32,167 nt of DNA from assembly GCA_031406795.1 (NCBI GenBank), contig JANOHV010000003.1:1-32167 (forward strand), in the 5' to 3' direction. Shown here one piece after another: positions 26,949-32,167 of this stretch. The notes beneath the pieces are model-generated. The model had not been told where the DNA came from, made no database searches, and saw only the letters and a list, made by a program, of their open reading frames with translations. The stretch comes from Candidatus Rokuibacteriota bacterium. GTDB lineage: Bacteria > JAUVQV01 > DATDCY01. Each line of letters begins with the position of its first letter. The stretch's first letter is position 1. The position numbers were made by a program, and so were the translations under genes.

Positions 26949-27235
26949 TGCGGGCGCAGGGGGTCTTGCTCGCCCTGGCCCTGCCGCTCTGGCTGGCGGC
27001 GGTGCCGTTTTCGGCGCCGGCGGCGTCGGCGGCGTCGGATTGGGCCGGGGTCGACGAGAAGGTCGTGGAGAAGTTCGCGCACGAGGCCGGACGCCCCCCC
27101 CGCGAACCGCTGATCGACACCGATCGCGGCGACCTGCTGCTCTTCGTCTTCCTCGTGGCCGGCGCCCTCGGGGGGTTCATCGCCGGCTACTGCTATCGCG
27201 CACTATTCCCGCCGCGCGGCGGGAAGAAGGGGTGA
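26948..27235 (+). CDS. Small membrane component of the cobalt ECF transporter (CbiN-like), 95 aa
   Basis: TGATG coupling to cbiM; two hydrophobic segments flanking WAGVDEKVVEKFA..GRPPREPLI; ends LLLFVFLVAGALGGFIAGY; lies between cbiM and cbiQ. Confidence 0.75.
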   Translation: MRAQGVLLALALPLWLAAVPFSAPAASAASDWAGVDEKVVEKFAHEAGRPPREPLIDTDRGDLLLFVFLVAGALGGFIAGYCYRALFPPRGGKKG

Positions 27236-27238
27236 TGC

Positions 27239-28015
27239 GTGTTTGAACTCTTCTCGGACATCTTTACCTACCGGGAGAACCGTCTCACGGCGGTCGACCC
27301 CCGCGTGAAGCTCCTCGTCGCGCTTGGCGCGATCCTGCTGGTGTTGTTCTCCACCCGGCCGGCGCTGCCGTTGCTGGTGGCCGGCGCCGCGCTCGGCGCG
27401 ATGGGCGCGCTCGGGTTCCCGCTTCTTGTCGTCGCGGCGCGGCTGACGATTCCGCTCGGGCTCGTCCTGGTGCTGTTTGCGTTCCGGCTGTTCACGACGT
27501 CCGGCGAGCCGCTGTTCACGCTGGAAATCGCCGGGCTCGCGCTCCGCGGCACCCGCCAGGGGCTGCAGGCGGGGAGCCTGCTCGCGTCCCGGGTTCTGGG
27601 CGCCACGTCGGTCCTCGTGCTGCTCGGGATGGTGACCCCGGCGCACGCGCTCTTCCGGGCGCTGCTCTGGCTGCGGATCCCCCGCGGCCTTGTCGAGATC
27701 GGCCTGCTGATGTACCGGTTCATCTTCGTGCTGCTCGACATCGCGGCCGACATGGCCACGGCGCAGACGCTGCGCCTCGGCTACCGCGGGGCGGGGCGCT
27801 CGCTGCGTTCGGTCGGGACCCTCGCCGGCGCCGTACTGGTGCGGTCGCTGGATCAGGCGGCGCGCACCAGCGAGGCGATGGTGCTCAGGGGCTACGCCGG
27901 GACGATGCCCGCGGGGACGCTGCCGCGGATACCGCTGCGCGAGGCAGTCGGGCTGCTCGGCGTGTTCGCGGCCCTGGGCTGCGCCTACCTGGCCGGCGAA
28001 AGGCTGCTGCGGTGA
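27239..28015 (+). CDS. cbiQ: ECF cobalt transporter T component
   Basis: VDPRVKL, MYRFIFVL, AQTLRLG, AMVLRGY. Confidence 0.9.
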   Translation: MFELFSDIFTYRENRLTAVDPRVKLLVALGAILLVLFSTRPALPLLVAGAALGAMGALGFPLLVVAARLTIPLGLVLVLFAFRLFTTSGEPLFTLEIAGLALRGTRQGLQAGSLLASRVLGATSVLVLLGMVTPAHALFRALLWLRIPRGLVEIGLLMYRFIFVLLDIAADMATAQTLRLGYRGAGRSLRSVGTLAGAVLVRSLDQAARTSEAMVLRGYAGTMPAGTLPRIPLREAVGLLGVFAALGCAYLAGERLLR

Positions 28016-28905
28016 CGCGGGAATCGGAGAATCCGCGGGAAGCCTTGAGCGCGGAGGGTGTCGTTTTCTCCTATCCGACGGGGGCGGTGGCTCTCGACGG
28101 GATCGAATTCCATCTCGCCGGCGGGGAGTTCGTCGCGCTGCTGGCCTCCAACGGCTCGGGGAAGACCACGCTGCTCAAGGTGCTGGTCGGGCTGCTCAAG
28201 CCGACGCAGGGCGTGGTGAGCCTCTGGGGCCGGAACCTCAGCGCGATGAAGCAGCACGACATCTGCCGGCAGGTGGGGATGGTGCTGCAGAACCCGACCG
28301 ACCAGCTTTTTGCGGCGACGGTCGAGGAGGACGTGGCGTTCGGGCCGCGCAATCTCGGCCTGGGCGACACCGAGGTCGAGGAGCGCGTCGCCGAGGCGCT
28401 CTCGCTCGTGTCGGCGCAGCACCTGAGAAAGCGCGCCATCCACCACATCAGCTTCGGCGAGCAGAAGCGGGTGGCGATCGCCGGCGTGCTGGCGATGGGG
28501 CCTTCGGTGATGCTGCTGGACGAGCCCTCCGCCGGCCTGGATCCCGCCGGCGAGGCGGAAATGATGCGCGTGCTCAGCCGGCTGAACAAGGAGCGCGGGA
28601 TCACCGTGCTGCTGGCGACGCACTCCGTCGACATGCTCCCGCTGTTCGCCGACCGGATCTATGTGCTCAACCGCGGCCGGGTGCTGCACCAGGGCCCGCC
28701 GGAAGTGATCTTCCGCGACGACGAGATACTGAAGACCGCGCACCTGCGGCTGCCGTACATCTCCGGGCTGCTCTACGAGCTGAAAAAATACCACGGCGTG
28801 CCGATCGACGGCCTGCCGCTGACGATCGGCGAAGCCCGGGAGAAGCTGCTCGAACTGATACCGGACGATGTGCTCGCGGACGGTTTCCGCAAAGGGACGC
28901 CGTGA
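28012..28905 (+). CDS. cbiO: ECF cobalt transporter ATPase
   Basis: ASNGSGKTT, QNPTDQLF, DVAFGPRNLG, ISFGEQKRVAIAG, LLDEP, ATH. Confidence 0.95.
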   Translation: MTRESENPREALSAEGVVFSYPTGAVALDGIEFHLAGGEFVALLASNGSGKTTLLKVLVGLLKPTQGVVSLWGRNLSAMKQHDICRQVGMVLQNPTDQLFAATVEEDVAFGPRNLGLGDTEVEERVAEALSLVSAQHLRKRAIHHISFGEQKRVAIAGVLAMGPSVMLLDEPSAGLDPAGEAEMMRVLSRLNKERGITVLLATHSVDMLPLFADRIYVLNRGRVLHQGPPEVIFRDDEILKTAHLRLPYISGLLYELKKYHGVPIDGLPLTIGEAREKLLELIPDDVLADGFRKGTP

Positions 28906-29966
28906 GCGAGCTGCGCGGCGGGTACACGACGGGAGCCTGCGCGGCGGCAGCCGCAAAAGCCGCGGCGCTGCTGCTGCGCGGCGACGGGCCCGCCGGCGCA
29001 GTGGCGATACCCTTTCCCGACGGCACCCGGGAGAGCTTCGCGGTCGAGGCTGCGGAGCCTCTCGGCGGGATGCGGGCGCGGGCGGCCGTGCGAAAGTCGG
29101 CGGGCGACGATCCCGACGTCACCGACAAGGCGCTGATCGTCGCTGAGGTGCGCGAGACGGCGGGCGCGGCGGTGACCTTCAGGGCGGGGGAGGGAGTCGG
29201 CACGGTGACAAAGCCCGGCCTGTCGATACCGCCCGGGGAGCCGGCGATCAACCCGGGCCCGCGCCGCATGATCGCGGCGGCGCTCCGCGAGGTGTCGCCC
29301 GGCGGCTACGAGGTCACGATCTCCCTTCCCGGCGGCGCGGAGCTTGCCGCCAGGACTTTCAATCCCCGCCTCGGGATCCTGGGCGGGGTCTCCATCCTCG
29401 GCACGACCGGCCGGGTGGTGCCGTTCAGCTGCCCGGCGCTGCGCGAGGCGCTCGCCTGCGCCCTGGACATTGCGCAGGCCGCCGGCGAAAAAGAACCGGT
29501 GCTGGTGCCGGGAAAGATCGGCAAGAATGCGGCCGAGCGGCATTTCGCGCTGCGGGCGGGTCAAGTCGTCGAGGTCAGCAACGAATGGGGCTACATGCTC
29601 GAGAAGACGGTCGGCCGCGGTTTCGAGGCGCTGTTGCTGCTCGGGCACCCCGGCAAGCTGGCGAAGCTCGCGATGGGGTATTGGGACACCCACAGTCGCG
29701 CCTCGCCATCGGCGCGCAACTATGTGCAGGACCTGGCGGTGGAGCTGCTCGGTGGGGCGCCTTCCGCGAGCGAGACGGTCGAGGGCGTGCTCGCGGAACT
29801 CCCCGCGGCGGGGCGGCGGGCGGTGGCCGACCGGCTGGCGGCCGAGGTCGGGCGCTCGGCCGCGGCCAGGCTGGAGTGCGGGCTGGTCCCGGCGGTGGTG
29901 TTGATCGACATGACGGGCGAAATCCTGGGGACGTGCGGGGAGCTGTCGCGATGGAAAAGCGCATAG
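28902..29966 (+). CDS. cbiD: Cobalt-precorrin-5B C1-methyltransferase
   Basis: GYTTGACAAAAAKAA, KSAGDDPDVT, GVGTVTKPGL..GEPAINPGPR, TFNPRLGILGGVSILGTTG, GHPGKLAK. Confidence 0.95.
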   Translation: MSELRGGYTTGACAAAAAKAAALLLRGDGPAGAVAIPFPDGTRESFAVEAAEPLGGMRARAAVRKSAGDDPDVTDKALIVAEVRETAGAAVTFRAGEGVGTVTKPGLSIPPGEPAINPGPRRMIAAALREVSPGGYEVTISLPGGAELAARTFNPRLGILGGVSILGTTGRVVPFSCPALREALACALDIAQAAGEKEPVLVPGKIGKNAAERHFALRAGQVVEVSNEWGYMLEKTVGRGFEALLLLGHPGKLAKLAMGYWDTHSRASPSARNYVQDLAVELLGGAPSASETVEGVLAELPAAGRRAVADRLAAEVGRSAAARLECGLVPAVVLIDMTGEILGTCGELSRWKSA

Positions 29967-30577
29967 CGATCGTCGGCTGCGGGCCGGGCGCGCCCGCGTG
30001 CGTGACCCCGGAGGCCCGCGCGGCCTGCGCCGGCGCGCAGGTGCTGGTGGGGGCCGCCCGCGCGCTCGAACTCTTCCCCGAATGCCGGGGGCGCAGGATC
30101 GTCATGAACGGCGGCTCGCGCGCTCTGCTGGAAGCCGTGGCGGCGCTGGACCCCGGCGAGCGGGTGGCGGTGCTGGTCACCGGGGACCCCGGGATCGCGA
30201 GCCTGGGGACGCTGGCCATGCGCCGCTTCGGCCGCGCCGCGTGCCGGGTCGTGCCGGGGATCAGCTCGGCGCAGGTCGCCTTCGCGCGGCTGGGGCTGGA
30301 CTGGACCGGCGCCAGGATTCTCAGCGCGCACCACACCCGGCCGGAGGCGGCGGTTGCGGGCGAGAAGGTCATGGCCGTGCTGGCCGGGGGGAAGGATTCC
30401 TTCGGCTGGATCGCGGATTTGCTGGAGGGGTGCGGCGAAGGGTATGCCGCTATTGCGTGCGAGGACCTGACCCTGCCTTCGGAGCGCGTGAGCCGCATCG
30501 ATCTCGCGCAGCTGCGTCGCGGAGATTTCTCGCATCGGACGGTGGTCGTCATCGCAAAGGAAGAGCTGATCGCATGA
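29951..30577 (+). CDS. cbiE: Cobalt-precorrin-7 C5-methyltransferase (stand-alone)
   Basis: IVGCGPG, LVGAARAL, VLVTGDPG, VPGISSAQVAFARLG, SAH, CEDLTLPSE. Confidence 0.9.
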   Translation: MEKRIAIVGCGPGAPACVTPEARAACAGAQVLVGAARALELFPECRGRRIVMNGGSRALLEAVAALDPGERVAVLVTGDPGIASLGTLAMRRFGRAACRVVPGISSAQVAFARLGLDWTGARILSAHHTRPEAAVAGEKVMAVLAGGKDSFGWIADLLEGCGEGYAAIACEDLTLPSERVSRIDLAQLRRGDFSHRTVVVIAKEELIA

Positions 30578-31302
30578 AAAAGGGAACACTGTACGGAATC
30601 GGGGTCGGGCCCGGCGACCCGGGGCTGATCACGGTGAAGGGCCGGGAAGTGATCGGGGCGTGCCGCCACGTGTTTGCGCCGAAGGCGAGGATCAAGTCGG
30701 AGAGCCTGGCGCTTCAGATCGCGGGCAGGTACGCCGGCGCCGGGGCGCAGATCCACGAGGTCGTCTTCCCGATGGTCGAGGAGGAGGCGGTGCTCGAGCG
30801 GCACTGGAACGAGTGCGCCGCCGAGATCGCTGCGCTGCTGGAGGCCGGGGAAGACGTCTGCTTCCTGACGCTCGGAGACACCCTGCTTTACTCGACGCAC
30901 ATCTACTTGGTGCGCGCGCTGAAGGCGCTCTCGCCGGAGGCGGCGGTCGTCACGATACCGGGCGTCAACGCCTTCAGCGCGGCGGCTGCGCTGACCGGGT
31001 TCCCGCTTGGCGAGGGCAAGAGACCGCTGCTGGTGATCCCCGTCTCCGACGACCTCGAGATCGTCCGGGAGGCGATCGACGGGGAGCGCACCGTCGTGCT
31101 GATGAAAGTCGGCAAGCGGCTGCCCGAGATCGTCGCGCTGCTGGAGGCGCGCGGCCTCGCGCAGCGCAGCGTCTTCGTCGCGCGCGTCGGGCTCGAAGGC
31201 GAGCGGGTGGAGACCGACCTGACACGGCTCAAGGCCGGGGGCGAGCAACTCGGCTATCTCTCGGTGATCCTCGTCCCCGCCGAAAGGAAGGTGTCCGCAT
31301 GA
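30574..31302 (+). CDS. cbiL: Cobalt-precorrin-2 C20-methyltransferase
   Basis: LYGIGVGPGDPGLITVKG, FPM, FLTLGDTLLYST, IPGVNAF, VLMK, YLS. Confidence 0.95.
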   Translation: MKKGTLYGIGVGPGDPGLITVKGREVIGACRHVFAPKARIKSESLALQIAGRYAGAGAQIHEVVFPMVEEEAVLERHWNECAAEIAALLEAGEDVCFLTLGDTLLYSTHIYLVRALKALSPEAAVVTIPGVNAFSAAAALTGFPLGEGKRPLLVIPVSDDLEIVREAIDGERTVVLMKVGKRLPEIVALLEARGLAQRSVFVARVGLEGERVETDLTRLKAGGEQLGYLSVILVPAERKVSA

Positions 31303-32054
31303 AAGTGATCTTCGTCGGCTCGGGTCCCGGGGATCCCGAACTGCTGACCATCAAGGCCGAGCGCCTGCTGCGGGGCGCGCGCTGCTGCATCTACGCGGGG
31401 TCGCTCGTCGCCGAAACGATCGTCGGCCTGCTCCCCGCGGACGCCGAGCGCCACGACTCCGCGAACCTCTCGCTCGAGCAGATCGTCGAGATCATCAAGG
31501 GCGCGCGCGAGCGGGAGATCGACGTCGTGCGGCTGCACTCGGGCGACCCGTCGATTTACGGCGCCATCGGCGAGCAGATGGCCCGGCTCGACGAACTGGG
31601 GATCGCCTACGAGGTCGTGCCGGGCGTCAGTTCGTTCCAGGCGGCCGCGGCCGCGCTCAAGATCGAGCTGACCGTGCCGGAAATCTCCCAGACCATCATC
31701 CTGACCCGCGCGTCGGGGCGCACGCCGCTGCCGGAGCACCAGGAACTGGAGCGACTGGCGCGCACGCGGGCCACGCTGTGCATCTTCCTCTCGATCCACA
31801 AGATCGAGGAGATCGCGCGCGTGCTGGCCGCGGAGTACGGTAGCGACGCCCCCGCGGCCGTCGTCTTCCACGCCTCGCGCCCCGATCAGCTCGTGATCCG
31901 CGGCACGCTCGCGGACATCGCCAGCCAGACCCGGGCGAGCGGCATCACCAAGACCGCGCTGGTCATCGTCGGCAACGCGGTGGCGCGCGCGGACCGGGTC
32001 TCCCGGCTCTACGACAAGAGCTTCACGCACGGCTACCGGGAGGCCGAAACGTGA
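31299..32054 (+). CDS. cbiF: Cobalt-precorrin-4 C11-methyltransferase
   Basis: FVGSGPGDPELLT, YAGSLV, RLHSGDPSIYGAIGEQM, ELTVPEISQTIILTR, SRLYDKSFTHGYR. Confidence 0.95.
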   Translation: MKVIFVGSGPGDPELLTIKAERLLRGARCCIYAGSLVAETIVGLLPADAERHDSANLSLEQIVEIIKGAREREIDVVRLHSGDPSIYGAIGEQMARLDELGIAYEVVPGVSSFQAAAAALKIELTVPEISQTIILTRASGRTPLPEHQELERLARTRATLCIFLSIHKIEEIARVLAAEYGSDAPAAVVFHASRPDQLVIRGTLADIASQTRASGITKTALVIVGNAVARADRVSRLYDKSFTHGYREAET

Positions 32055-32167
32055 GGCGACTCGCCGCGATCACCCTCTCCCGGCAGGGGTTGTCGGTCGC
32101 GAAGCGGATCAAGGAAGGACTCGGGAAGGTCGATCTCTACGCCCACGCGGCGGTAGCGGGCACCCTC
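32051..32167 (+). CDS. cbiG: 5' part of probable cobalt-precorrin-5A hydrolase (runs off the window)
   Basis: GTGA overlap with cbiF; reads MRRLAAITLSRQGLSVAKRIKEGLG..., a CbiG-like N-terminus in the canonical position after cbiF. Confidence 0.65.
   Translation, partial: MRRLAAITLSRQGLSVAKRIKEGLGKVDLYAHAAVAGTL

Noticed and set aside
17051..31248. Large minus-strand ORFs (17051..18670, 18920..21397, 23175..24686, 24945..26783, 29575..31248)
   Set aside because: They lie antisense to well-supported cob/cbi genes, as expected from GC-rich codon bias, and have no recognisable motifs.

Overview
High-GC bacterial window, probably from an anaerobe, dominated by cobamide (B12) biosynthesis. Left to right: (1) two tandem genes for probable surface proteins that share a ~92%-identical C-terminal FG-GAP-like repeat block and a homologous 3' hairpin; (2) a CobW/COG0523 GTPase gene divergent from a cobalamin-riboswitch-controlled bzaF-bzaC(+DUF2284)-bzaD-bzaE operon, i.e. 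a complete anaerobic 5,6-dimethylbenzimidazole pathway using single-subunit BzaF; (3) a ~5.2 kb decayed type I restriction-modification island (hsdM', hsdS', DUF488', intact MNT-HEPN pair, hsdR') in which internal deletions appear to have removed the key functional regions; (4) a second cobalamin riboswitch heading a long anaerobic cob/cbi operon (cobC cobU cobT cobS cobD-cobQ fusion cbiB cobO cbiA cbiC cbiX cbiMNQO cbiD cbiE cbiL cbiF cbiG...) whose intergenic gaps hold three different palindromic or structured repeat families. All calls rest on motif recognition by eye; no database searches were run.
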